Positions 35,384 through 46,156 are shown, counted from the first letter of the stretch. The stretch is 64,000 nucleotides of DNA from an uncultured Prolixibacteraceae bacterium (GCA_964642545.1 CAZXQU010000001.1:37171-101170), one strand, 5' to 3'. The notes: generated by a model not told the origin, from the sequence alone. Made by a program: numbers and translations.

Positions 35384-36862
35384 TCAATTCAGGGGCATCC
35401 GTGTGTAATTATCATAGCGGAACAACTCCCAGTGATGGTTTTCCCATCCATCCCCATTCATCTGACGAAACTTATAGAAGGTTTGTAACGGCCTGATTGA
35501 AATCTCCGTCAAACAGTTGTAAAACTCGGTTCCATATTGCTTCAATGCATTCAGAAAATACCATGCTACATCATACCCTTGAAATGCAAGACTCTCAGGA
35601 TCTGTCTTATACTCATCCCTGAATAGTATTACAATCCGTTTAACAGTTGGATCGTTATAATCAATCCATGATGGAACAAAAATGTGTGCCCCAGCCTTTT
35701 CCAAATATTGATAATCGATCCCATCAAACTGATCCCATCTGGGCAAACCGAATACGGTGAATTGATACCCGTCGGTATCGGCATTTAATTGGGAAAGGAC
35801 GTTCATCACGAAGGACTTCTGCTGGGAGACCACAACGACAATATTTTCGACTCCCCTGTTAAGTTTGCCGATTAAATCATCCTGAGAAACAGCTTCGATA
35901 TCCAATCCAAGAGCCTGGCAATTGGCATAAATCTGGTCAGCCATCTTTTTCCCTTCCTCCTCCCAACTCCGTATCAACAACGTATGTGTAAACCGATGAC
36001 TGTTTGCAAGGAATTCTGCAAGAGCTATCCCTTCGGAGGTGTAAGAGGGGCGTAGCTTTATAACCATGGGGTTCCCTTCAACCTGCGACTCCCTCTCCGA
36101 AATCGGACTCACAATGGGGATCTGACGATCCCTGGCCCAGGAGGAGACAATCTCAAAATTACGGTTGAAAAGCATCCCGACAATCAGATCCATCTCAGCC
36201 ATTTCAGGCTTTTTAAGAAGGGCATATGTGGCGCTCGGGTTCGGTTCCAGGCTATAGACATACAAATTGAGATTTAACCCGATCTTCCGAAGAGAATCAA
36301 CAGCAAGTAGAAAGCCTTCATAGAACTGAATGTATCGTAGTGAGTTATAGCTATCAATCTCTTTCTGTGAGGGGCCCCTGGTATTGATAGAGTCGGCTTC
36401 ATTAAGAAATAGATGCATCATCAGTGCCACGTTATAAACTTCTTTTTTCGAATCCTGCCCCTTTCCGCAGGGGAGCTTACTTGTTGACTCTCCCAAGGTG
36501 TTGAAGGTATCTTCTAGAGGCTGAGCATACTCTTCGACGATAGGTGGATCCATCACGGAAGGTTCAATCAACGTAGGTAATTCAACATGTATCTCGGCTT
36601 CTGGAGCAGGAATTAACAGGGTTTGGTTGGCCTTCAGGCCCTTTTTAATCTCAGGATTGGCAGCGATGACATCCTCCATCGTGACGTTATAGGCTTTGGA
36701 TATGGAGTAGAGAGTTTGGCCTTTTTTAACCTGATGGATAAAAAAATTCTTGCCATTGATGGTTCGAAGCTTGTCTGAATGAATCTGATCATACCCATCC
36801 TGAGCGATGGCATGGGTATTAAATAAAAAAAAGATCCATCCAATAATCAGTATATATCTCAT
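35384..36862 (-). CDS. LysM domain fused to a type-1 periplasmic-binding-protein-like domain
   Basis: A signal peptide from ATG 36862 (MRYILIIGWIFFLFNTHAIA) is followed by a LysM domain (HQVKKGQTLYSISKAYNVTMEDVIAANPEI...GLKANQTLLIP). A ~370-aa Leu/Ile/Val-binding-protein-like domain comes after it. Confidence 0.65.
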   Translation of the reverse strand: MRYILIIGWIFFLFNTHAIAQDGYDQIHSDKLRTINGKNFFIHQVKKGQTLYSISKAYNVTMEDVIAANPEIKKGLKANQTLLIPAPEAEIHVELPTLIEPSVMDPPIVEEYAQPLEDTFNTLGESTSKLPCGKGQDSKKEVYNVALMMHLFLNEADSINTRGPSQKEIDSYNSLRYIQFYEGFLLAVDSLRKIGLNLNLYVYSLEPNPSATYALLKKPEMAEMDLIVGMLFNRNFEIVSSWARDRQIPIVSPISERESQVEGNPMVIKLRPSYTSEGIALAEFLANSHRFTHTLLIRSWEEEGKKMADQIYANCQALGLDIEAVSQDDLIGKLNRGVENIVVVVSQQKSFVMNVLSQLNADTDGYQFTVFGLPRWDQFDGIDYQYLEKAGAHIFVPSWIDYNDPTVKRIVILFRDEYKTDPESLAFQGYDVAWYFLNALKQYGTEFYNCLTEISIRPLQTFYKFRQMNGDGWENHHWELFRYDNYTRMPLN

Positions 36863-36872
36863 TATCTGATAA

Positions 36873-38402
36873 TTATTCCCATTCGATCGTGGCTGGAGGT
36901 TTCGAGCTAACATCGTAGACAACCCGGTTTACTCCTTTTACCTTATTGCTGATCTCGTTAGAAACCCAAGCCAGAAACTCAAATGGCAATTGCGCCCAAT
37001 CTGCTGTCATACCGTCAGTAGAGGTAACAGCTCTGAGAACCACGGCATTTTCGTAGGTCCGCTCATCTCCCATAACGCCCACCGACTGAATGGGTAACAG
37101 TACCACAAATGCCTGCCAAACCTTATCGTAAAGGCCATGCTCACGGAGTCCCTCAATGAAGAGGTTATCGGCCTCCTGAAGAAGTAGTACCTTCTCCTTT
37201 GTGATATCGCCAAGAATCCTGACAGCCAGCCCCGGTCCGGGAAAAGGATGACGTCCAAGAATCAACGGATCTAACCCGAGCGCGTTGCCCACACGTCTAA
37301 CCTCATCCTTAAAAAGCGAGTTCAGCGGTTCAACAACTTTCAGGTTCATATGAGCGGGAAGTCCGCCAACATTGTGATGCGATTTGATCGTTGCGCTGGG
37401 TCCTTTAACCGATCGGGATTCTATCACATCGGGATAGATGGTTCCCTGGGCAAGCCATTTGATATTCTTGATTTTCTTGGCTTCCTCTTCAAACACTTCA
37501 ACAAATACGCGTCCGATAATTTTTCGCTTCTTCTCTGGATCAGAGACCCCTTTGAGTTCATTGAGGAAACGATCAGATGCGTCGACACCGATTACATTCA
37601 GATGCATGTGCTCGTAGGAGTCGAGTACTTTCTGAAACTCATCTTTCCGCAGCAACCCATTGTCGACGAAAATACAATGCAGGTTGGAACCAATGGCTTC
37701 ATGCAGAAGCATCCCGGCAACGGAAGAGTCGACACCCCCCGAAAGACCAAGAACCACCTGTTCTTTATCAAGTTGATCCCGCAACTCTTTGATTGTAGAT
37801 TCGATGAAAGACTCGGGGGTCCACGACTGATGGCATCCGCAGATATCCACTACAAAATTTTTAAGCAACACAGCGCCTTCTGTGGTATGGTATACTTCGG
37901 GATGAAACTGGATGCCATATGTTAGCTCATCTGTGATCCGAAATCCGGCAATGTCAACACTGGAGGTCGATGTGATCACACAGAAATTCTCAGGAACGTT
38001 CAGGATAGTATCTCCATGTGACATCCAAACCTGACTCCCGTTTGAAAGTCCTTTCATCAGGTCACTTTCAGGATTGATATAAGAGAGGTTTGCACGACCA
38101 TACTCCCGAATTTTAGAAGGCATCACTTCTCCGCCTGATGCCAGTGCGAGATATTGCGCTCCATAACAGACAGCCAGTATCGGATACTTTCCGCGGATTT
38201 CGGAAAGATCGGGGATCAAGGGATCTTTATCCCTCACAGAAAAAGGGCTTCCGGATAATATAACCCCCTTAATATGAGCACCTAAAGGAGGAATTTTGTT
38301 GTACGGGTATATATCGCAAAAGACATTAAGCTCCCTGACCCGGCGCGCAATCAGTTGGGTATACTGAGAGCCGAAATCGAGTATAAGGATGGTCTCTTCC
38401 AT
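36873..38402 (-). CDS. guaA: GMP synthase (glutamine-hydrolysing)
   Basis: It has a GATase-1 N-domain (ILAVCYGAQ), the ATP-PPase P-loop SGGVDSSV, and the C-terminus ...[14 protein letters not shown]. Confidence 0.95.
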   Translation of the reverse strand: MEETILILDFGSQYTQLIARRVRELNVFCDIYPYNKIPPLGAHIKGVILSGSPFSVRDKDPLIPDLSEIRGKYPILAVCYGAQYLALASGGEVMPSKIREYGRANLSYINPESDLMKGLSNGSQVWMSHGDTILNVPENFCVITSTSSVDIAGFRITDELTYGIQFHPEVYHTTEGAVLLKNFVVDICGCHQSWTPESFIESTIKELRDQLDKEQVVLGLSGGVDSSVAGMLLHEAIGSNLHCIFVDNGLLRKDEFQKVLDSYEHMHLNVIGVDASDRFLNELKGVSDPEKKRKIIGRVFVEVFEEEAKKIKNIKWLAQGTIYPDVIESRSVKGPSATIKSHHNVGGLPAHMNLKVVEPLNSLFKDEVRRVGNALGLDPLILGRHPFPGPGLAVRILGDITKEKVLLLQEADNLFIEGLREHGLYDKVWQAFVVLLPIQSVGVMGDERTYENAVVLRAVTSTDGMTADWAQLPFEFLAWVSNEISNKVKGVNRVVYDVSSKPPATIEWE

Positions 38403-38406
38403 GGTA

Positions 38407-38414
38407 CAAAAATA
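38407..38414 (-). promoter_or_regulatory. -7 box for guaA (leaderless geometry)
   Basis: The minus strand reads TATTTTTG and ends 4 nt upstream of the ATG at 38402. Confidence 0.4.
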
Positions 38415-38424
38415 AGAAAATATT

Positions 38425-40185
38425 TTACCTGATCAGGGTCGCATTGTATTCAGTGCGGTTTCCAACACCGTCAGTAATGATCAGCTGGAATTTGTTCGTA
38501 CCGGCTTTGATCCGGCTATCGTATTTGTACTCCAGCCTGTTCTGTTTGGCATCATAATCCATTAAAATCCAACTCCCGTTCAATGTCCCACGGTAACTTT
38601 TGATTCCGGAGAAATCATCTGAGATTGTGAGTACGATTGTACTCTGCTTGCTGATGTTCTTGTTGTTATAAATATTGACTGCCTTGATTTTAGGTGGCAT
38701 TGAATCTACGCTGATAGTGTAAGCTCCAAACTCGCGTATCTTTCCAGTCACATAGCCATCGTTGAATTTCCCTCCCTGACTGACAAATTTTCCACTTTTT
38801 TCAACCTTTGCAAGAAGTGCTCTTGATTCAAGCCATCTTGGAAGAGTTTCGGCTCTGATTGAAAGGGTGCAGCGAAGATGCATCGGAGTCTCTTCATCCT
38901 GCAAATAATGAACACGGGAGTAACTTCCGTTTATTGGAGGCTTTGTAGTGTATTGAAAATCCAGATCTTCATAGAGGGTATTTTCAGGCATCATAAAGTT
39001 AAGGTAGGTATTTTCAAATTCGTTTTCCTGATCCCAGGCGAAACTATTCGAAGGCGTAGTTGTTTCAGTTGGCCCTACACCAGAAGAGGTGGGCGGATGA
39101 CTTTTCACCCAAAATGTAATCTGAGATGTATTGCCATAAGAATCTTTAACAACATATTGAATTTTGTGCGCCTTCAGGTCAGTAAAATTAACAATGCCCC
39201 GGTTGACTACTCCATCGAAAATTTCCAGATTGTTTCCGGGAGCGATATATGACCTGAAAAATCGCTGTTTGTTCTTAATGTTCTGGGGATAGTCAAGGAT
39301 CGCATTAACATACCGGGTATCAGCAAAGGCATACCTGTCAATACGCTGGCCGAATACCTTCTCTCCATCAACCTTCAACTCGATCGATTTAATTCCGCAA
39401 CGAATGGATGATGTATTTTGAAAATCGTATGCTTCTATCCCAAAGATGATATCACCTGAAACCATGACTGTATCGGACGAAACGACTCCATATTTCCCAT
39501 TACCTCCGGCAGCCTGCAGTGCTTTCGGATTGGAAGTATAGTTTACCATTGCAGTTTGGCCATAAGGGTAGATTTTTACCCATTTGATCTGGGGTTGAAG
39601 GTTGTCCTGAATTCGGATTCCAAAAGAGAGGGGATCCAAAGGATCCTGACTTCGGCCATCTCTTATCTCAAAATGAAGATGAGGGCCTCCTGATGAGCCT
39701 GAATTTCCTGAATACCCGATCACGTCACCTTTCCGCACCTGAATTTTGCCGGACGGAACAGTGACATCAATCGAAAATGACTCCTTTGCATACTGTTGCT
39801 CATATGCATAAGCAGCTATCTCTCCGCGAAAACGATCCAGATGCCCGTACACCGTTGTGTAACCGGAAGGATGACTGATATAAATTGCTTTCCCAAAGCC
39901 CCAGGGGGAGACGAAGATCCTGGAAACGTATCCATCTGCAGCAGAATAAACTGGCTTGCCTGTCACCCCGGCAGTACGAATATCGATTCCCGAATGAAAA
40001 TGATTTGGTCTAATCTCACCATAAGATCCTGATAGTGAAAGAGTAAAATCGACGGGGGACCGGAACAGGGTTTGAGAATAGTTGGTCTGAGAGCTGCCGG
40101 TGAGAGTGACTAATAACAACAGGAGAGTGAGGGAAACACCAACTGCCAACTGCCTACTGCCTACTGCCAACTGCCTACTGCCCAT
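38425..40185 (-). CDS. M23 family metallopeptidase (LytM-like)
   Basis: The zinc motifs HFHSGIDI (HxxxD) and GPHLHFE (HxH) are present. The N-terminus [16 protein letters not shown] is encoded by six heptamer repeats ahead of the signal-peptide core. The true start may be an in-frame TTG inside the array. Confidence 0.85.
   Translation of the reverse strand: MGSRQLAVGSRQLAVGVSLTLLLLLVTLTGSSQTNYSQTLFRSPVDFTLSLSGSYGEIRPNHFHSGIDIRTAGVTGKPVYSAADGYVSRIFVSPWGFGKAIYISHPSGYTTVYGHLDRFRGEIAAYAYEQQYAKESFSIDVTVPSGKIQVRKGDVIGYSGNSGSSGGPHLHFEIRDGRSQDPLDPLSFGIRIQDNLQPQIKWVKIYPYGQTAMVNYTSNPKALQAAGGNGKYGVVSSDTVMVSGDIIFGIEAYDFQNTSSIRCGIKSIELKVDGEKVFGQRIDRYAFADTRYVNAILDYPQNIKNKQRFFRSYIAPGNNLEIFDGVVNRGIVNFTDLKAHKIQYVVKDSYGNTSQITFWVKSHPPTSSGVGPTETTTPSNSFAWDQENEFENTYLNFMMPENTLYEDLDFQYTTKPPINGSYSRVHYLQDEETPMHLRCTLSIRAETLPRWLESRALLAKVEKSGKFVSQGGKFNDGYVTGKIREFGAYTISVDSMPPKIKAVNIYNNKNISKQSTIVLTISDDFSGIKSYRGTLNGSWILMDYDAKQNRLEYKYDSRIKAGTNKFQLIITDGVGNRTEYNATLIR
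40141..40182. repeat. heptamer array (WACTGCC) x6 at the 5' end of the M23 gene
   Basis: The units are aactgcc aactgcc tactgcc tactgcc aactgcc tactgcc. The minus strand encodes [14 protein letters not shown] directly after the ATG at 40185. The HAD stop codon (40175-40177) is inside the array. Confidence 0.95.
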
Positions 40186-40675
40186 TGTCTGCTAACTTAC
40201 TTACAGTTTCAGAAAGTTCTCCCATGTTGTCAATCACCCGATCAGCCTGTTCAAATATCCCCGTCAGTTTATTTTCATTGTAGTAAACCGTCTTCATTCC
40301 AGCCCTTTTAGCCCCTACGATATCCTTGGTATAATGATTCCCAACCATCAAGCAATCTTCAGGTGCAACGTCAAGTTTCTCGGCAATAGTGAGGAAAAAC
40401 CGAGGATCGGGTTTCCCATAGCCAAGTTCTTTTGAAGAGAAAAAATTCGCAAAAAAACTCTCTGCTCCAACACGTGCAAGCGCTTTTATCATCTCTTCTG
40501 TTCCCGAATGAGGGGCATTGGTAGCAATACAAAGCTGATATTGAGTAGATAATTTACTCAATGAATTTTGCGCTCCGGGAACCCAATCTACCTGATCCCA
40601 GAGGTACATTGGACCCGGAAGTGCATAGTCGATCATAATTGTACCACCCCAGTCAAATATTAGTAGTTTAATCAT
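40175..40675 (-). CDS. HAD-superfamily hydrolase (variant motif I)
   Basis: Motif I is LIFDWGGT, in which the second Asp of DxDxT is replaced by Gly. Motif II is IATNA, motif III is GKPDP and motif IV is MVGNHYTKD. The start is trimmed to ATG 40675 (MIKLLIFDWGG). Confidence 0.75.
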   Translation of the reverse strand: MIKLLIFDWGGTIMIDYALPGPMYLWDQVDWVPGAQNSLSKLSTQYQLCIATNAPHSGTEEMIKALARVGAESFFANFFSSKELGYGKPDPRFFLTIAEKLDVAPEDCLMVGNHYTKDIVGAKRAGMKTVYYNENKLTGIFEQADRVIDNMGELSETVSKLADNGQ

Positions 40676-42728
40676 TCTTGCAACGGGCTGGCAGGTATGA
40701 GAATTCATTCGAGTAGGAGATCATCTGCTCCGAAAAGTCATCCGGATAGGTGACTACGATATCTGTCAACGAATCGTTCTGGTAAACCGGTGTGAGAACG
40801 GGGTTAATAAATCCACCGTAAGGAGAGATATTGAGTTTTTTATAGCGCTCCAGCATCTGGTTGTGCAGCTCGGGATCCACTTTAACGCCATAGGTCTCAA
40901 CCAGCTCTTTCCCCGCCTCGTAGTCGCCTGTAGATTTGATTCGCTGGATCTTGTTCAGCAACTTGCCGAAAAGTTCACGTAACCCTTCATAATCATTCAC
41001 CTTGATGTACGTTGTCCCGTCTCGTTCAATCAGTTCGATGATGTTTTTATCTTTCCCTTGCTCGTAGCACCATGAGGCTATCAGTTTCCGGTCGCGCATG
41101 TGTGCCTGCTCAATGTCTTTCCCCGGTTCAATTCTAACCAGTTGTGTGAGGTAGCCATTTCGTATGTAATTATCATATTCAGCTTTCCCAACCTCCAACG
41201 AAGGTATCAGTCCCAGCTCAACCAGCTTGGGATCCATAATGTAATATAAAGCGAACAAATCGGCCCGCGACTCTTCCAATGCTGAGTGGTAATTCTTCAT
41301 AGCATCAGGACTGGTACCTGGCAACAGTTGTCCGGCCGCATGGCCAAGGCACTCGTGCATATCTGTGGTCAGGTTTCCTGCCAGGAAGCCATATTCCCGT
41401 TGCCGCTGAATCTCTTCAGGCGACGAGGCGAACTCTTCAAGGAAACCGTTCCCCAATGAGGACTGGTCATATGCGTAGGTGATATTTCCCATGGTAACCG
41501 ATTTAGAGCCATGATCTTTCCTGATCCATTCGGCGTTGGGAAGATTGATGCCAATTGGAGTGGTGGGATCGCAATCGCCTCCGAGCTGGGCCACGGTGAT
41601 TACTTTAGCTGTAACCCCTTTAACCTCTTTCTTCTTAAATTCGGGATCTACAGGGCTATTATCTTCAAAGTACTGTGCATTGTCGGCCAGTGTGATGGTA
41701 CGTTCTGTTGCTTTTTTGTCCTTGAAATTCACTACCGACTCCCAGGTTGCTTTCATCGACATCGGGTCGCCGTATGTTTCAATAAAGCCATTGATAAAGT
41801 CGACATCCGAATTCTGATCGGCTAACCACATAACGCTGTAATCGTCAAATGCAACCAGGTCGCCGGTTTTATAAAACTCTATCAATTTATCCAGGGCCGC
41901 TTTTTGTTCGGCTGTTTCGGTAACGGTAGCAGCTTTTTCCAGCCAATAAAGAATCTGTTCAATTGCCGGATGGTACATACCATCAAGTTTCCACACGATC
42001 TCGGTCATCTTGCCATCTTTCTTAACCAGTTTTGAATTCAAGCCGTATGAGACCCGTGTATCCTTGCCTGCCTTAGCGTCATCCGACCTCTTTTGTGCGT
42101 AAAAATCTTCCACCTCATCCTGGGTCACTCCTTCGTAGAAATTGCAGGCTGATGCTTCAATCAGGTCGGTCCCCGAATCCAGACTGATGCGCTTTGCTGC
42201 AACTGTAGGATCGAAGATGATCGTTGTGATCTCTTTAGTAAACTCTTCAGGTATCTGGCCCTCTTTCATTGGCAGCTGATCCTCAGGAACTCCGTTAAGA
42301 AGTGTTGTAAAATAATCGGTTGATACGTCAGGGAAGAATTTATCGGTACTGTAATGGTGATGAATTCCATTGGAGAACCATACCCGTTTCATATAGGTTT
42401 CAATGTTTTTAAAATCATTGGATGTACGGTCGCCCTTGTAGTTCTGATAAATGGCTTCCAGGGTTTTTCGTACGAGGAGGTTGTTCTTGTAATTCTGATC
42501 ATAGGTAATGTCACGTCCACACAAAGCAGCCTGTGAAAGGTAATAGACCAGCTCCTTCTGTTTTAGTGTAAGTTCATCCCATCCCGGGATCTGGTACCGA
42601 AGAATCCGCAGGTCGGCAAACTGTTCGGCCTGCCATTTGAACTCACTATTCTCCTCTTTCTTTGTGCCGTTACAGGCCACCATTGTAACCATCATAGTCA
42701 TTGCAATTAAGTAGATCGTCTTTTTCAT
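40668..42728 (-). CDS. dipeptidyl-peptidase III-like zinc metallopeptidase (family M49), lipoprotein
   Basis: It has the HECLGH (HExxGH) and EESRADL (EExRAD/E) zinc-binding motifs at M49-like spacing, and a lipoprotein signal (...MVAC). Confidence 0.8.
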   Translation of the reverse strand: MKKTIYLIAMTMMVTMVACNGTKKEENSEFKWQAEQFADLRILRYQIPGWDELTLKQKELVYYLSQAALCGRDITYDQNYKNNLLVRKTLEAIYQNYKGDRTSNDFKNIETYMKRVWFSNGIHHHYSTDKFFPDVSTDYFTTLLNGVPEDQLPMKEGQIPEEFTKEITTIIFDPTVAAKRISLDSGTDLIEASACNFYEGVTQDEVEDFYAQKRSDDAKAGKDTRVSYGLNSKLVKKDGKMTEIVWKLDGMYHPAIEQILYWLEKAATVTETAEQKAALDKLIEFYKTGDLVAFDDYSVMWLADQNSDVDFINGFIETYGDPMSMKATWESVVNFKDKKATERTITLADNAQYFEDNSPVDPEFKKKEVKGVTAKVITVAQLGGDCDPTTPIGINLPNAEWIRKDHGSKSVTMGNITYAYDQSSLGNGFLEEFASSPEEIQRQREYGFLAGNLTTDMHECLGHAAGQLLPGTSPDAMKNYHSALEESRADLFALYYIMDPKLVELGLIPSLEVGKAEYDNYIRNGYLTQLVRIEPGKDIEQAHMRDRKLIASWCYEQGKDKNIIELIERDGTTYIKVNDYEGLRELFGKLLNKIQRIKSTGDYEAGKELVETYGVKVDPELHNQMLERYKKLNISPYGGFINPVLTPVYQNDSLTDIVVTYPDDFSEQMISYSNEFSYLPARCKND

Positions 42729-42739
42729 ACATCTTGGTT

Positions 42740-45253
42740 TTAGTAGTCATACACTTTACATCCCGGGTTCTCAGATTTGAACTTGGCGATCCGCCTGGAT
42801 GAGATTCTGGTATTGAATATTTTAACTGATTTAATGTTCTTCATGTTATTCAGCACATCTATATTGCTGATCTTGGTATTGTAGATCTCGAACACTTCCA
42901 GCTTCCTGAGATTCGCCAGATCTTTGAGGTTTTTGATGGGTGTTCCCGAAAGCTTAAGTACCTCCAGGTTCACCAGGTTTGCGAGGGGACGCAAATCATC
43001 TACCTGGGTATTTTCCGCATCAATTTCGATCAAGCCGGTGAGGCCCGACAAAGGAGAAAGATCACTGATGGCATTTTTAGAGAATCCGAGTCTCCTGAGC
43101 CAAGTCATCCTGGTCAATGGTTCCAGTGTTGTTACTTTCGTATCGGAAAACCTCAACTCTTCCAGGCGTGAAAGAAATACAACCGGCTGAAGTGTGACAA
43201 TCGACTGATCATCTTTGACTACCAGACTTTTAATATTGACAATCTGTTGCAGCTGAAATTTATCGGGATCCTTTTTAAACTGTACCTCTTGGCGAAAAGC
43301 CTCCTGCCAAACGCCTGGCAGCGAATTCCACCAATTGGTATTTTCATACGTCTGGCTGATAACCAGGCAACCGGGGTTCTTCGACATGAAATCGTTGGCC
43401 TCCTTTTTTGTAATCCCTGAATTATCAGCCAAAATCAGTTCCAACCCGGCTAATCGTGTAAGCGGGGAAATATCGGTAACCTTGGAATTATCCAGATTAA
43501 GATATTTCAGTTTTACCAGTGCCGAAAGAGGTGCTACAGAGGTAACATCCGTCGATTTTGCATTGAGATAGCTGAGATTGAGAAGATCTTTAAGCGGGTC
43601 CAGGGTGGTTATAGGAGTCAGAGAGCAATCCAGCCATCTCAGTCGCGGCAGTTCCATTACAGGAGCCAGGCTTGTTATCTCGGTACGTCCATTGATAATC
43701 AGGCTGTCGATGGTCATTAGCCTGTGCAGTTGCTCACGTGTAGGAGGATTATCCAACTTCCTGTATATAAAGAAAATCTTCTGCCATTCGTTGGGCATCT
43801 TACCCCACCACGCTTCAAGTTCTGAGGAGGCAAAACTGACGACAACATCAGGATGATCGATCATAAACTGTACGGCATTGTCTTTCCTGACCAGGGTTTG
43901 ATCACAATATATTTTTCGCAATGAAGGAATTGAAGCCAGAGGCCCAAGGCTATTCACCTGGGTGTTATTGAAGGTCACCAGCTCCAGTGCATCCAGGTTT
44001 TTAAGTGGCTCAAGTGCAGTAACCGGTGTGTTTGAAAAATCAATGACAAAAAGGTTCTTCAGTCCTGTAAGCGGAGTCAGGTCTTTCACTTTGGTCTGGT
44101 TCATCCGAAGCACCTTCAGATTCGTAAGTTCGGCAAGTGGTTTCAGGTCAGAAATTCCCGTGGAGCTGATATCCAAAACCTCAAGCAATGGAAAGCTTGC
44201 AACGATAGAGGGATCCGTGATGGCAGTATTGCTTATGTTTAACTCCCTGATTTGATTGCAATATTTCAGAGGATCGAGTGTGATCACCTTGGTCCCGGAA
44301 ATGTTCAGATTTTCCAGCGCATTTAGATTTCTCAAAGGCATCATGTCGGAGACGAGGGTGTTGGCAAGGTTGAGTGTGGTGAGATGAGAGAGTTTTGAAA
44401 GTGGCTCCACATTTGCAATATTGGAATTGCCTGAAAGGTCAAGTGTTTTACTATCCGCGATCCTCAGAAAAAGTCCGTAAATCCGTGAATCCTTAATAGT
44501 GAGAGGGACATCGTCAACCATGGCAACCGTATCGTTGTAGTGTTCTATCTGACTCAGCATCAAACCATCATCTACTTTAATATCCTTCCCGAATATATCG
44601 TGCCACTCCTGCGAAAGGCCGTTCCACCAATTTCTCAGGTCCTCCTTCTCATTCAGTTTCGTAGTGTAAATGCTAACGATCTTGATCTGCTTCTTGTTCT
44701 CATCGTAATTGATCTCAATGTAACGAACCATATTGGTATTGACCGAATCACCATCGAGGGTTAATCCTTTTAGGGAGCGGTTGGCAGTTGCCTTGAAATA
44801 GCTCTGCCCGGCATGGTTACTCATAACACTCACATCCTGTACCTGATATTCAAACTTCGCCCCTTTGAAAAAGAAGTCCACATCTGTTAGGTATGCCTGA
44901 ACATCTTTGTAGAGTGGAACAAGTCGTTTGACATCCAGATCGTCTTCGATCTGCACTTCACTGTCCCAGAAAAATTTCTTGTAACTTTCGTTGATAATGG
45001 TCTCTTTCTCCTTGACCGAATTCTGTTTATCGGCCAGGAAGTTCAGCGTGCTCTCCAAAAATTTTACTATCTGGTTGGCCTGCTGTCGGTAGACCTCCAT
45101 CTCCGCTTCCGGTATGGAAGATGCCTTGGGCTCGTCGGTAACTTTCGTAGTTTTTCCGGTGCTCTTTTTCTGACCGAATACTGAATTTTGAATCAGGCAA
45201 AAACCGAAGGAGAGTATCAGAGCAAAGGATAATAGGAAAAATTTACTTTTCAT
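42740..45253 (-). CDS. modular leucine-rich-repeat protein (secreted), function unknown
   Basis: The signal peptide starts at ATG 45253 (MKSKFFLLSFALILSF...). A module occurs three times: a WW-helix (WWNGLSQEWHDIF / WWGKMPNEWQKIF / WWNSLPGVWQEAF), about 8 LRRs of the LxxLxxLxLxxTxVxDLxPL type, and a cap (F..DHPDVVV / F..KNPGCLV / F..ENPGCKV). Confidence 0.8.
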   Translation of the reverse strand: MKSKFFLLSFALILSFGFCLIQNSVFGQKKSTGKTTKVTDEPKASSIPEAEMEVYRQQANQIVKFLESTLNFLADKQNSVKEKETIINESYKKFFWDSEVQIEDDLDVKRLVPLYKDVQAYLTDVDFFFKGAKFEYQVQDVSVMSNHAGQSYFKATANRSLKGLTLDGDSVNTNMVRYIEINYDENKKQIKIVSIYTTKLNEKEDLRNWWNGLSQEWHDIFGKDIKVDDGLMLSQIEHYNDTVAMVDDVPLTIKDSRIYGLFLRIADSKTLDLSGNSNIANVEPLSKLSHLTTLNLANTLVSDMMPLRNLNALENLNISGTKVITLDPLKYCNQIRELNISNTAITDPSIVASFPLLEVLDISSTGISDLKPLAELTNLKVLRMNQTKVKDLTPLTGLKNLFVIDFSNTPVTALEPLKNLDALELVTFNNTQVNSLGPLASIPSLRKIYCDQTLVRKDNAVQFMIDHPDVVVSFASSELEAWWGKMPNEWQKIFFIYRKLDNPPTREQLHRLMTIDSLIINGRTEITSLAPVMELPRLRWLDCSLTPITTLDPLKDLLNLSYLNAKSTDVTSVAPLSALVKLKYLNLDNSKVTDISPLTRLAGLELILADNSGITKKEANDFMSKNPGCLVISQTYENTNWWNSLPGVWQEAFRQEVQFKKDPDKFQLQQIVNIKSLVVKDDQSIVTLQPVVFLSRLEELRFSDTKVTTLEPLTRMTWLRRLGFSKNAISDLSPLSGLTGLIEIDAENTQVDDLRPLANLVNLEVLKLSGTPIKNLKDLANLRKLEVFEIYNTKISNIDVLNNMKNIKSVKIFNTRISSRRIAKFKSENPGCKVYDY

Positions 45254-46073
45254 GTGTATAGTTCCTGATGATTTCTTTTTTCTCCTGGTCATTCACGCGG
45301 ACCAGATTTGATATCAGCCATCCCGAGTTGTTCTGGTAGCGGTTAAAATAGGAGACTTCGAAGTACCAGTGGGGGATCTGAAAAAAGTGAAACTTCACAT
45401 TGTTTGAAGAGACAAACTTCAGGTTTCCATCCTTGTACTCTTTCAGGAAGATGGCAAGCTGGTCGGGATAGTAATCTTTTTCGAGGTAGTACCCAATATT
45501 GGCCGGATCTGTAAACATTTTGCGCAGAGTCATAAAATCCAGCTCATGACTCATTGGGTGCAGAAAATTCTCTCCACTAACACTGTCGCCAACATGGTTG
45601 AAATATTTCTCAAACGCGCTGCAATGCACATTTGAGAGGACCCATTTGTATCCTTGGCGCTCTGCCTCCAGTTTGAAGTAGAGAATCATATGAATTGGCT
45701 GACGATTGTATGTGAACTCGGAGCTCACTTCTGCAAACCAGCTATTGGCATGAAAGTCGAGAAACACCGGATTTTTTTTGCCGTTTACATCCAGGATAAA
45801 AACATCTCTGGCATCCTTTGTGATGAGTGGGCTGGAGAGGTCGAACAGGATATTGAGGTACTTATTGCGCAATTTTACGGAATGGTACTCTCCATCGGTG
45901 TCGTAGAGCCGTTTTCCCGTAACATCCTCCTCTCCGTTGAATCGATGGAAGAATTGGTTGATTTGTTTGGTTTGAGCATAGAGCATCGACTCATCTCCCT
46001 GGAAGGTTTGAACCTGTCCGAGAGAAAATAAGGAACTTATCAGCAGGATCAGTATTAACAGGGAGTTTTTCAT
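45243..46073 (-). CDS. secreted hypothetical protein
   Basis: The signal peptide starts at ATG 46073 (MKNSLLILILLISSLFSLGQ). The stop overlaps the LRR gene start by 11 nt. No motif is recognised. Confidence 0.6.
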   Translation of the reverse strand: MKNSLLILILLISSLFSLGQVQTFQGDESMLYAQTKQINQFFHRFNGEEDVTGKRLYDTDGEYHSVKLRNKYLNILFDLSSPLITKDARDVFILDVNGKKNPVFLDFHANSWFAEVSSEFTYNRQPIHMILYFKLEAERQGYKWVLSNVHCSAFEKYFNHVGDSVSGENFLHPMSHELDFMTLRKMFTDPANIGYYLEKDYYPDQLAIFLKEYKDGNLKFVSSNNVKFHFFQIPHWYFEVSYFNRYQNNSGWLISNLVRVNDQEKKEIIRNYTHEK

Positions 46074-46156
46074 TTTGTTCAACTTAGGGATATGAAAAAT
46101 GCAGCATGCAGTGTGAGGTTGATCTTCTGCATCCTGCATTTTCATTGGCAGATTAG

